Shown: positions 13,202-21,207 of the stretch, piece by piece
How the letters are laid out: each line of letters begins with the position of its first letter
How positions within the stretch are numbered: the stretch's first letter is position 1
Virus record (IMG/VR): IMGVR_UViG_3300033171_000144
Location: 1 to 23,388 of that record
Reading direction: 5' to 3' (one strand)
DNA: 23,388 nucleotides
From: a virus
Notes under the pieces: model-generated
Database searches by the model: none
Told to the model about the DNA's origin: nothing
What the model saw: the letters and a program-made list of their open reading frames with translations, nothing else
Translations under genes and position numbers: made by a program

Positions 13202-14667
13202 AGCTCCTCCTCCTCCTCCTCGGTTCCAGGCAGCCCCTCGAGCTGGAGCGGCCCCTCTTCCGGGTTCTGTACCGTGGGAGCGTTCGCGGCCAGCTCTTTC
13301 ATGATCCGGTCGGAGTCTTCCTGAGACAGCCCAAGCTCGCGGTGAGCCTGCTGGGGCGAATAGATCCCGGATCGGCACAGGATCTCTAGCCTCTGCGCGG
13401 TCTCGGTCGGATCGGATGCAACCGAAAGCTCCCAGTCCATCTTTACGTCGCCGGCGGCGAATGTCGGTACGTCGCCGAGGGCGAGACGGCTTGCGGCTTC
13501 GAGGATCATAGGGATTGCATCCCAGAAGGCCGCCCGGAACCGCCGGAGGTGGTCCATTGTGGGGGTGAGTTCCAGCATCAAGGCCCGCCCACTGGCCACG
13601 TTGGCCGCATCCACCCCTGACATCATAGGGGCGGAGATCTCGGTGCAGTTGACCCAAAGCTGGAGAGTGGCGTTGATCTCTCGGAGGATGAGGTCGATGG
13701 CCTCGACAGGCGACGCCACGTAAGCCACCATGTCTTTCGCCGACATTTCGTAGGCTTTGTGGATGAGTGTCTTCTCGGGGTCGAATTTCACCCGATCGGT
13801 GTCAGGATCTCGTTTTATGGCATCGGGGTGGACGACCGTAACAGGCTTAGAGTGCTGGCTTAGGATGAATCGCATCTGGGAGAAGGAGAGCTCCATGCTT
13901 TCGACGTGACTCAGGGCCTCAGAGGAAAATGAAGCGTCTGGGATGCCGTAAGCCTTGTCACTCGTCCTGGAGTTCCAGATGGGGAACACGCACCAACCGG
14001 CAGTCGTCTGCGAATCGTTGCCGTCCAGGTCGTAGCCCTCGAAGAGGTTATTCTTCTCGGAGAGATCCTTTCTGGCGAGCTTCCCAGACTCCTCGATCTG
14101 GTATAGCCGGTACTCGATGGCGGTTTCTGAATGGATCTCAACCTTGAGCCACTTGATCTTTGATCCGCCTTCGGGATCTTCTGCCCACTCTTTGAAAAGA
14201 ACGTGATACTGAAACTCCCTGTCATCGTCGGGATAACAGACGGGTATCCAGCAGTCGGGCCGAACCGCCCGGGCCTTGACCCGCTCGCCAGACCTGGAGA
14301 CCTTCACGACGCCGACACCGCACCGGCACCAATCGGTCCCGGCCTCTTCCAGCGTGACGCCGAACCTGTCGGACTTGAGCCAGGCCTGAAAAGCCTTGTC
14401 CATCTCCTCGGAGGCGAGGGAGAGTTTGAGCTCGGGCAAAACGCCGTTCAGGACGACGCCGACGGCCTTCTCGGGGAGAGGGACCTTGATGTGCAGCTTC
14501 TTCTTGGTGGCTTCGGGGTCCTTCTCCATCCAGTTCTTCATGACGAGGAAGGAGTCCCGCCCGCCGTCGAAGATGTCGATGTTCTCGGTCATCCCCTTGA
14601 TCCGGGCGGCCTCGTCGGTCGGGGGCCAGGGCTGGCCGGATTCGAGAAAATCAAGATTCGTGAGCAT
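13198..14667 (-). CDS. Portal protein (SPP1 gp6-like)
   Basis: 489 aa between TerL and head morphogenesis; VASGRALMLELTP and acidic tail are typical. Confidence 0.88.
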   Translation of the reverse strand: MLTNLDFLESGQPWPPTDEAARIKGMTENIDIFDGGRDSFLVMKNWMEKDPEATKKKLHIKVPLPEKAVGVVLNGVLPELKLSLASEEMDKAFQAWLKSDRFGVTLEEAGTDWCRCGVGVVKVSRSGERVKARAVRPDCWIPVCYPDDDREFQYHVLFKEWAEDPEGGSKIKWLKVEIHSETAIEYRLYQIEESGKLARKDLSEKNNLFEGYDLDGNDSQTTAGWCVFPIWNSRTSDKAYGIPDASFSSEALSHVESMELSFSQMRFILSQHSKPVTVVHPDAIKRDPDTDRVKFDPEKTLIHKAYEMSAKDMVAYVASPVEAIDLILREINATLQLWVNCTEISAPMMSGVDAANVASGRALMLELTPTMDHLRRFRAAFWDAIPMILEAASRLALGDVPTFAAGDVKMDWELSVASDPTETAQRLEILCRSGIYSPQQAHRELGLSQEDSDRIMKELAANAPTVQNPEEGPLQLEGLPGTEEEEEEL

Positions 14668-14850
14668 CTACTTCTCCGGCCCCCTTCGTATCCGGTCGTT
14701 CTCCGCCGCCCGCTTCCCGATAGCCACCCGGCACTCATCACATATCGGCTGATTTTCGACCACGACCCGGTGGGCGGTGCCGTTTTCGAGGCTCTCCAGG
14801 ACGAACCGCTCGACCACGGGGGCGTCTTTCTCGCAGAAAAGGCACTTCAT
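14668..14850 (-). CDS. Small zinc-finger protein
   Basis: CLFC...CDEC. Confidence 0.7.
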   Translation of the reverse strand: MKCLFCEKDAPVVERFVLESLENGTAHRVVVENQPICDECRVAIGKRAAENDRIRRGPEK

Positions 14851-15008
14851 CCCGTTCCCCCGATCGATCCCCCAACACTCTCTATGCTGTGGAGATGCCC
14901 CTCAACGGGGAACCTGGCCCTGCAGTCGGGGCAATACCATTCAGCTATGCAACTTGTGCCGGATTGCGTCACAAGATATTTTCTAGGGTGATCACATGCA
15001 GTGTTCAT
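14847..15008 (-). CDS. Small Cys/His zinc-finger-like protein, 53 aa
   Basis: Not in the ORF track. MNTACDHPRKYLVTQSGTSCIAEWYCPDCRARFPVEGHLHSIESVGGSIGGTG abuts the TerL stop and ATGA-overlaps the next gene. Confidence 0.65.
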   Translation of the reverse strand: MNTACDHPRKYLVTQSGTSCIAEWYCPDCRARFPVEGHLHSIESVGGSIGGTG

Positions 15009-16310
15009 CTATCTCATCTCCCTAATCATATATCTACATCCATATCTTAATGAGTCTGGAAAATGGCTTCCATCATGCAAAGGCTTCTCCTCTTTACTAT
15101 TCTCATCCCAACGATAATTATTGATATATTTTATAGCGTTCGGGCAATCAGAAGAGACCTTGAGCCATCCCTGGCTGAACATGGTGGCAACGTCGAGGAT
15201 GCCGTCTTTGACGCTATTGTCGGCCCCCCGGATGTTCTCCACCTCGCCCCGGCCCGACCTCCGGCATTCTGTGATGAACGCCGCCGCCGAGGGGTCGCAG
15301 ATGCCATCAGGATAGATCGGATTGCCCCGCCACCTGCAAAGCTGCACCAAGTCCTCGATGTACTCTGTGGGGGCCTTCTGGCGGCCCCGGTGCTCCTTCG
15401 GGTCGTAGTAGAACTCTCGGACGAGCCACCATCCCAGGCGGTCATTGTGGCGAGCCAGGCCATAGAGCCCAGCGGCGAAGGCGTCCGAGGTGCCGTAATC
15501 GACCGAAAACACCCAGTCGATGAACTCTTTGGGGCAGTCTCGGGCGTCCACCACGAAGCCGCCGCCGACCTCTGGCCTGAAGAGATCCCAGATCCGGCCC
15601 TCGGCTACGGTTCTCTGGCCGAGGATGTAGCGATCATACCAGACGGACCCCTCTGGATACATCCGCTTATACCGCTCCCTCGTCTCCTCGGAGAGAGAGG
15701 GGTTGTCGTCCATCGTGAAGTGTAGATAGAAGACGTCTTTGGGGTCGAACTTATCCAGCCAATCGACGTAAAACGGCTCATCTGGCCCCTCGGGGTTAAG
15801 GCTAATCCAGATCTTCGCCCCGTCGATCGACAGCCTGGCGATGCCCTGTTGCAAGAACGAGATGGGCATAAGGATAGCTTCGTCGAAGAAGATGCCCGCC
15901 AGCGTAGCTCCCTGGATCAGATCCTGGCTCCGCTCGTCCTTTCCCCCGAAGATCCAAAAAACGTTCTTGTGGCCGAGCCATTCGATTTCGAGGAAGTTCT
16001 CGTTGCTGGAGCGGTGGTCGTTCACGATAGCGCCACGGGCCAGGAGCATCCTCTTTAGAGGGCGAATGATGTTACGCCGGGCGCTGCCTATCGTTTTTCC
16101 GCAGAAGGCAAACTCATAATCGTCAAATTCCGATTGAGCCCAACAGGTAAAAGAGAAGCTCCCCGTCAGCGTTTTGCCGCTCCGGACGGCCCCCTCCATG
16201 CAGATGATCGGCTTATGGCTTACTGGCGACTCTGGGAGCCACCAGGACATGACCTTATAGCCCTTCTCGGAGAACGTAGGCGACCACTGGAAGGCGGCTT
16301 TAGCTTCCAT
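15009..16310 (-). CDS. terL: Terminase large subunit
   Basis: Walker A EGAVRSGKT, Walker B IFFDEA, RNase H-like nuclease VDYG...HFPDSLRY. Confidence 0.95.
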   Translation of the reverse strand: MEAKAAFQWSPTFSEKGYKVMSWWLPESPVSHKPIICMEGAVRSGKTLTGSFSFTCWAQSEFDDYEFAFCGKTIGSARRNIIRPLKRMLLARGAIVNDHRSSNENFLEIEWLGHKNVFWIFGGKDERSQDLIQGATLAGIFFDEAILMPISFLQQGIARLSIDGAKIWISLNPEGPDEPFYVDWLDKFDPKDVFYLHFTMDDNPSLSEETRERYKRMYPEGSVWYDRYILGQRTVAEGRIWDLFRPEVGGGFVVDARDCPKEFIDWVFSVDYGTSDAFAAGLYGLARHNDRLGWWLVREFYYDPKEHRGRQKAPTEYIEDLVQLCRWRGNPIYPDGICDPSAAAFITECRRSGRGEVENIRGADNSVKDGILDVATMFSQGWLKVSSDCPNAIKYINNYRWDENSKEEKPLHDGSHFPDSLRYGCRYMIREMR

Positions 16311-16737
16311 CCGCCCCCTCCTCGTCCGAGCCCCAGTCCAGGACTTCGGCCACGCCCCGGAGGGCCGATATCAGCCCGTCGTCGGGCCGGTTCTCGCCCC
16401 CGGAAGCCGGAGCCAGCATCTTGAGGGCGTCCAGCTCGGCCCTCTTCGCCGAGACTGCCGGGCCGTACTTCTCCTTCACTCTGGCCTCGTCGGAAATGTC
16501 GGCGAGATCCTTCGCAACTCCCTTGATTCTATCTTGAATTTCTGACGCAGTGGCGATCAATCCGGCAACCCGCCCGGCCTCGACTGCATCGCGCATACAT
16601 CCGTTTTTGTGGCGGTTGATAGCGCCTAAGCTTGTTCCGAATTGTTCCACAATGTTCCGGAACGGCTCTTCTCGTAAGATAGCTGCTTCAATTTCTTCAC
16701 GCTGTTTGTGATTGCAGATAGTGCATTTCGGGGGCAA
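16300..16737 (-). CDS. terS: Terminase small subunit (Zn-finger/HTH type), TTG start
   Basis: CTICNH...EIEAAI....FRNI...FG.S..AINRH; immediately upstream of terL. Confidence 0.75.
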   Translation of the reverse strand: MPPKCTICNHKQREEIEAAILREEPFRNIVEQFGTSLGAINRHKNGCMRDAVEAGRVAGLIATASEIQDRIKGVAKDLADISDEARVKEKYGPAVSAKRAELDALKMLAPASGGENRPDDGLISALRGVAEVLDWGSDEEGADGS

Positions 16738-16821
16738 TTACGGCCCCCGTAGACGTTGAATTATGTTGGCAGAATAAAAACAGTCTTCGCTCATTATGTG
16801 CTTATCTTATCGGGCCGATTG

Positions 16822-16829
16822 TATATAAA
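16822..16829 (-). promoter_or_regulatory. Archaeal TATA box of the packaging operon
   Basis: TTTATATA on the minus strand, preceded by purine-rich GATAAG (BRE position), which is the arm of site B. Confidence 0.7.
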
Positions 16830-16857
16830 CTTATCCTTATGGTACTGTAAGGATAAG
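16830..16857 (-). promoter_or_regulatory. 28-bp palindromic site B (11-6-11): CTTATCCTTAC-AGTACC-ATAAGGATAAG on the minus strand
   Basis: Same 6-bp spacer as site A, opposite orientation; arms 10/11 complementary. Confidence 0.8.
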
Positions 16858-16898
16858 GTGAGACTATATCTCCCCCTCTTCCTTCAGCAAGGTCTGAG

Positions 16899-17000
16899 AT
16901 GTGCATCGGCATAGGACCCTCCAAACTCTGCCCCCTGCTGCTGATTGGCGATGGATGCCAGATCTGGTGGTTCTGCCGGGGGCCGGAAAGATTTCAATAA
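16899..17000 (+). CDS. Possible 33-aa Cys-rich micropeptide MCIGIGPSKLCPLLLIGDGCQIWWFCRGPERFQ
   Basis: Hand-translated; CTATAT about 30 nt upstream; ends just before the hairpin; four Cys. Confidence 0.35.
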   Translation: MCIGIGPSKLCPLLLIGDGCQIWWFCRGPERFQ

Positions 17001-17023
17001 GCGTTGCAGCATAAAACAGTTTT

Positions 17024-17053
17024 CGACACCGGAAGGCATAGATTCCGGTGCCG
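17024..17053. terminator. 11-bp stem hairpin at the end of the tail operon
   Basis: Minus strand CGGCACCGGAA-loop8-TTCCGGTGTCG (one G.U), 10 nt after the stop at 17063. Confidence 0.5.
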
Positions 17054-17062
17054 ATTTGCTAT

Positions 17063-17287
17063 CTATTCTTTCGTCGATATAGAAAGCGCCGAGGTGATAC
17101 GCTTCCGCTTCGCTACCAGATCCACTTTTCGCGCCGTGGCCCGCTGGATCTCTCGATCCATCATTGCTATCTCCTCGTCGATCCTGGCGAGAGACGTCCT
17201 TTCGACGATAGGCTTCTCAATCAGTATCTGTTTTTTTGCGGTGTTTTCCGTGGTATCTTTTTGATCCCATGATATTTTTTCGGTCAT
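17063..17287 (-). CDS. Small coiled-coil hypothetical protein
   Basis: Coupled ORF; heptad-like C-terminus. Confidence 0.7.
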   Translation of the reverse strand: MTEKISWDQKDTTENTAKKQILIEKPIVERTSLARIDEEIAMMDREIQRATARKVDLVAKRKRITSALSISTKE

Positions 17288-17493
17288 CGTTTTCCCTCCA
17301 GAGCGGCCAGCTCAGCAGTCAATGTTTCGACCGCTTTTCCCATCACCGCCGCTTGGCTTCCGTGCATCCGAATCAGGTCTTCCATCCCGACAGATTCGGC
17401 TATCCTCAGATTCAATTCTGCGCTATACTTGTCAGCTTCATAGTTTTTTAGAAGCTGTTTCACAATTTGGATTTTCTCTGCCTTTTCAAGCAT
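17284..17493 (-). CDS. Small helical hypothetical protein
   Basis: Coupled ORF after the fibre gene. Confidence 0.7.
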   Translation of the reverse strand: MLEKAEKIQIVKQLLKNYEADKYSAELNLRIAESVGMEDLIRMHGSQAAVMGKAVETLTAELAALEGKR

Positions 17494-18757
17494 TGATCTG
17501 ATCCTCCAAAAGTTCTACTTTCTCAGCCAGTTCCTGAATAGCTTTGATCGCAACCGGAAGCAGTTTCCCGCTGCTGGCCTCCCATCGGTCGTCACTCGGC
17601 TTGAATACGAGCCCTGGGATTTCGTAGCCAAATTTCTGTTGCGAGTCGTCGAGATCCTGGGCTATGAATCCAGTGTCCTCATCACCGATCCTCGACCCGT
17701 CCCGACAGTTCCAGACCCACCTCACGGGCTTGAGATCTCGGACGAAATCTAGTCCCAACTGGATCGGCTCGATAGCGGTTTTGTCCCTGCGGTCGGAAAG
17801 ACCGGTGATATTCTGCGTATTGCATCGCAGGGTGGTCACGCTGCCGTTTCCGAGCGTGACTTCGTTGGTGGCGCCGACGGCGGAAGCCTGCGCATCGTAC
17901 CCAACACACGTCAAATTTGTGCCCGTTGTGTTGGTATAACCAGCGTTCACCCCAAAGAACGAGTTGTAGTCGCCCGTCGTGTTGGCGGATCCGGCGTTCA
18001 TCCCGAAGAACGAGTTGGATTCGCCCTCTGTGTTGGCATAGCCAGCTCTCATCCCGAAGAACGAGTTGTAGACGCCCGTCGTGTTGGTATAACCAGCATT
18101 CATCCCGAAGAACGAGTTGTAGGTGCCCGTCGTATTGTTGTAGCCGGCGCTCATCCCGAAGAACGAGTTGTGGGTGCCCGTCGTGTTGCTGTAGCCGGTG
18201 TGTCGCCCGAAGAACGAGTTGTAGTGGCCCTCCGTATTGGCATAGCCAGCGGCAGTGCCGAAGAACGAGTTTTCGGAGCCCTCCGTATTGGTGGTGCCAG
18301 AGTTCACCCCGAAGAACGAGTTGTAGGTGCCCGTCGTGTTGGCATAGCCGGCTCTCATCCCGAAGAACGAGTTGGCGAGGCCCGTCGTGTTGGTATAGCC
18401 AGCGTTCGCCCCGAAGAACGAGTTGGAGTGGCCCGTCGTATTGTTGTAGCCGGCGTTCACCCCGAAGAACATATTCGAGGATGCGGCTGGCGTGAGATGG
18501 TGGCCTGCGAGAGTGATGAGCCCCCCGCTTGCGATAGTGATCCCGTTACCCCCGGCGTCCTGTAGCTGGAGGCCGTCGCCGTCTCTCGCCCGGATTTTGT
18601 CGGTGGCGATATAGATCCCATCGCCGAGGACGTTGTTCTTCGTCAACATCATGGCGAGATTGTCGATGAGCTGGAAATTGTTGGCCTCGTTGGCGTTACG
18701 GTTGAGTAGGCTGGTCGTGACTTCGTTGAGCGTCATCCCGAATCTGGCCGTTGCCAT
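17486..18757 (-). CDS. Tail fibre/spike with beta-helical repeats and C-terminal S74 intramolecular chaperone
   Basis: SDRRDKTAIEPI..GLDFV..LKPV.W.W...GFIAQD...AIQEL is the S74 signature; 17-aa NSFFG repeats. Confidence 0.88.
   Translation of the reverse strand: MATARFGMTLNEVTTSLLNRNANEANNFQLIDNLAMMLTKNNVLGDGIYIATDKIRARDGDGLQLQDAGGNGITIASGGLITLAGHHLTPAASSNMFFGVNAGYNNTTGHSNSFFGANAGYTNTTGLANSFFGMRAGYANTTGTYNSFFGVNSGTTNTEGSENSFFGTAAGYANTEGHYNSFFGRHTGYSNTTGTHNSFFGMSAGYNNTTGTYNSFFGMNAGYTNTTGVYNSFFGMRAGYANTEGESNSFFGMNAGSANTTGDYNSFFGVNAGYTNTTGTNLTCVGYDAQASAVGATNEVTLGNGSVTTLRCNTQNITGLSDRRDKTAIEPIQLGLDFVRDLKPVRWVWNCRDGSRIGDEDTGFIAQDLDDSQQKFGYEIPGLVFKPSDDRWEASSGKLLPVAIKAIQELAEKVELLEDQINA
17915..18475 (-). 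repeat. Eleven in-frame 51-bp repeats (NSFFGxxAGYxNTxGxx)
   Basis: AACTCGTTCTTCGG core recurs every 51 nt (e.g. + strand 18002, 18053, 18104). Confidence 0.92.
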
Positions 18758-19102
18758 CTAGCCCGCCTCCTGTCTGATCTTCATCAACTCTGCGACAGTC
18801 CTGATTCGGTCCAGTTCGTAGTGGATGAGACGGAGCTTATGGGCCTCGTCGTCAGCCACGAGTGCAGCGGCCGTCGCCTCCTCCCTAGCGTCTTTCGTCT
18901 TCTCCAGGAGGATTTTCTGGATCTTGTCCGGGGGAGCGCCGTACTCAGCAGCCTTCGCGGCTTCAGCCTGCTCCAATTTGATCAGCCGATCCTTTGCCTC
19001 TGCTGCTACCTGCTGAGCTTTGTACGTCTTTGTCGCCTGTTCTTTCGCCGCCTCGAAGGCGGAGTTTGCCGATTCTATTGTCACCTGGTCCATTTTCATC
19101 AC
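18758..19102 (-). CDS. Ala/Lys/Glu-rich coiled-coil protein
   Basis: All-helical composition; abuts both neighbours. Confidence 0.7.
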   Translation of the reverse strand: MMKMDQVTIESANSAFEAAKEQATKTYKAQQVAAEAKDRLIKLEQAEAAKAAEYGAPPDKIQKILLEKTKDAREEATAAALVADDEAHKLRLIHYELDRIRTVAELMKIRQEAG

Positions 19103-19103
19103 C

Positions 19104-19796
19104 TTAACTCTTCATAATGAATTTTAGGGCGTAATATGGGGGCCGGTTCTCCTGGGAGCTCCCGGCGAACGTGCTCCCGGGGTGGCCGTGGGCCTGGCCT
19201 CCGCCGGCATATCCAGTATAGAGATCGGTAGAGTGATCCGTCGCGTACCGCGAATCATAGCCGTAATAAGCGCTCGAATAGACGAGAGTATAACTATATT
19301 TGATTTCCCTTCTCCTGTCATAATATTGATGAGTGTGAGTTGGGATTTCGCTGAGGGTCAAAGCGTGAGTGGCGATTGTCACGGTAGCCGTTGGTGTTAT
19401 AGAGACAGAACCCCCGGAGTTTCCGACGGCATAACTGTTTCCGGCTCCGACGATGAACCGATCCCGAAGATCTGGAGTCCCGTTGGCCCCGTTGCAGTCG
19501 TACCAACCGCTCGGCGTCGATCCAGAAAACATGATGATGAGCCCGCTAGGGACCCCCGCCCCGGCGAAATATGAGGCTTCATGTCCCCCCAGGGTATCGG
19601 CATCGCACCCAGAGCCGGAGCCATCGTTCCCAGCGTGCCAAAAGCCTGAGTTCATCTCAGATTCGGTGAAGTATCTTGAATCGTGATTGTGATTGTCGAC
19701 GAGCGACTTCGCCTCTGCGTATTGGCTTTCAAGATGGTTGAGAAGGCTGGTCGTGATCGCCGTCCCCGAAGTCCAGGTCGTCTTTGTGTAGGCCAT
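19104..19796 (-). CDS. Tail collar-domain fibre paralogue 3
   Basis: HNHDSRYF; PSGW..CNG.NGTPDLRDRFIVGAG; HxH...HGH; NRPPYYAL. Confidence 0.85.
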   Translation of the reverse strand: MAYTKTTWTSGTAITTSLLNHLESQYAEAKSLVDNHNHDSRYFTESEMNSGFWHAGNDGSGSGCDADTLGGHEASYFAGAGVPSGLIIMFSGSTPSGWYDCNGANGTPDLRDRFIVGAGNSYAVGNSGGSVSITPTATVTIATHALTLSEIPTHTHQYYDRRREIKYSYTLVYSSAYYGYDSRYATDHSTDLYTGYAGGGQAHGHPGSTFAGSSQENRPPYYALKFIMKS

Positions 19797-20503
19797 CAGC
19801 TCACCTTCTGGATGTAGTAGAGAGCGTAATATGGCGGCCTGTTGTCGATATTCTCGGAGGTAATTGTGGCGTAAGATCCAGAATGCCCGTGCGCCTCGCC
19901 CCAGGTCGTCCCTAGCTCGGTGGAGTGGTTCCGATACGTGAAATCGTTAGGCTTAGCAACATTCGTAGATCCGAGGTGCTCATAGTGCGTGCTAGTGAAG
20001 CCGTAGAAATCGTTGTAAGGGTGCCTGTGGCTCGGTATCTCACTGACGTTGAGCGCATGGCCTGCGATGGTGACGGTTCCCGCTCCAGGGGTCACACTGA
20101 TCACGCCCCCGGTGTTCCCGACTGAATACGTCGATCCGGCTCCGACGATGAACCGATTCCTGAGGTCTGGCGTCCCCGATCCACCGTTGCAGATCGCCCA
20201 CCCGCTAGGGACATTGGCGTCAGTGCCGTACCAAACGACAATCGAGCCTACTGGGAGGGCTGATCCCATGAGATCAGTAGCGTGCTGACCGTCGATCATG
20301 TCAGCATCGAGACCAGCCGGCAGGGTGTCGCCCCCCGACAGATGGAAAAATTTGTTGTCGGCCTCTGTCTCGGTGAAGTATCTTGAATCGTGATTGTGAG
20401 CGTCCAGGTAGCTCTTCGCTTCGGCGTATTGCTCCTCTACATGGCGGAGGAGGCGAGCCGATATGAGGGTGGTCGCGGTCCAGGAGGTCGGTGTATAGCT
20501 CAT
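19796..20503 (-). CDS. Tail collar-domain fibre paralogue 2 (start refined to MSYTP)
   Basis: Same scaffold motifs; TAATG coupling at 20503. Confidence 0.85.
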   Translation of the reverse strand: MSYTPTSWTATTLISARLLRHVEEQYAEAKSYLDAHNHDSRYFTETEADNKFFHLSGGDTLPAGLDADMIDGQHATDLMGSALPVGSIVVWYGTDANVPSGWAICNGGSGTPDLRNRFIVGAGSTYSVGNTGGVISVTPGAGTVTIAGHALNVSEIPSHRHPYNDFYGFTSTHYEHLGSTNVAKPNDFTYRNHSTELGTTWGEAHGHSGSYATITSENIDNRPPYYALYYIQKVS

Positions 20504-21207
20504 TATGCCAACTCCCTCATAATCCAGCAAAGCGCGTAATACGGAGGCTTGTTGTCATATGCGTCGAAGGCGATCGTTGATCCCGGATGGCCGTGCGCCC
20601 CATCGCCGGTCCCCACGCTGTTACCTGTAGTTCTGAGGACATCTGTGAAGTCCCAGCCGTCGCAATAATATTGGGATACAGTGCAGACATCCAATCCAAT
20701 TACATTACAATAATAATCCACGTATGAATGCTGGTGCTCCGGCAACTCCGCCACGGTCAACGCGTGGGGGGCAATCGTCACCGATCCCGTTGGCTTCCTG
20801 GAAGCATAGCCTCCAGTTGCGCCTTTTGCATAGCTATCTCCTGCCCCAACGACGAACTTATCCCGGAGGTCCGGGGTCCCATTGACCCCGTTGCACAAGA
20901 CCCATCCCGAAGGGATGGAAGCCTGCGATCCGCTCCAGATGGCTATAGTTCCTCGAGGGACGGCCTCCTCTTCGATCTGAGCGGCGGAGTATCCGTCTAC
21001 CGTGTCGGCATCGAGGCCTGATCCGGAGCCATCGTTCCCGGAATTGAAGAAGCGGGCGTCGGCTTCCGCCTCTGTGTAGTACCTCGAATCGTGGTTATGC
21101 CCATCGAAGAGAGAATTATAAAATTCATCATATTGAGTCTCCATCAGATTCATCCTAGTATGGGTGATAGCTGTTTGCTCGGTCCAGTCTATCTTCACAT
21201 AGGCCAT
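20503..21207 (-). CDS. Tail collar-domain fibre paralogue 1 (start refined to MAYVK)
   Basis: Same scaffold motifs; TGATG coupling at 21207. Confidence 0.85.
   Translation of the reverse strand: MAYVKIDWTEQTAITHTRMNLMETQYDEFYNSLFDGHNHDSRYYTEAEADARFFNSGNDGSGSGLDADTVDGYSAAQIEEEAVPRGTIAIWSGSQASIPSGWVLCNGVNGTPDLRDKFVVGAGDSYAKGATGGYASRKPTGSVTIAPHALTVAELPEHQHSYVDYYCNVIGLDVCTVSQYYCDGWDFTDVLRTTGNSVGTGDGAHGHPGSTIAFDAYDNKPPYYALCWIMRELA

Noticed and set aside
13202-13221. (GAG)n trinucleotide run
   Set aside because: It encodes the acidic portal tail and doubles as the RBS of the next gene; ordinary.
13001-13657. 218-aa ORF-track protein
   Set aside because: The upstream part is an alternative-frame shadow of the portal; only 13001-13201 is credible.
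14203-15725. Long + strand ORFs (14203-14991, 15063-15725), and similar ones at 287-940, 17917-18495 and 21345-22016
   Set aside because: Antisense or alternative-frame shadows of well-supported genes in GC-rich DNA; no motifs or RBS.
6205-16310. Inteins or stop-codon recoding in the primase-helicase or TerL
   Set aside because: No C/S...HN splice junctions or LAGLIDADG motifs seen; the genes are full length under the standard code and TAG is used as a normal stop.
10811-16857. Sites A/B as attL/attR or protelomerase targets
   Set aside because: att sites of an excisable element are direct repeats, whereas these are inverted. No protelomerase or integrase is in the window, and viral genes continue on both sides.
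17915-18475. CRISPR-like periodicity (constant 14-15 nt core, 36-nt variable part)
   Set aside because: The period is exactly 17 codons, in frame within a fibre gene; the variable parts are similar to each other; there is no leader or cas gene.
17486-21207. Diversity-generating retroelement acting on the fibres
   Set aside because: No reverse transcriptase and no template/variable repeat pair differing only at adenines in this window. NNC codons are explained by GC3 bias. It cannot be excluded elsewhere in the genome.
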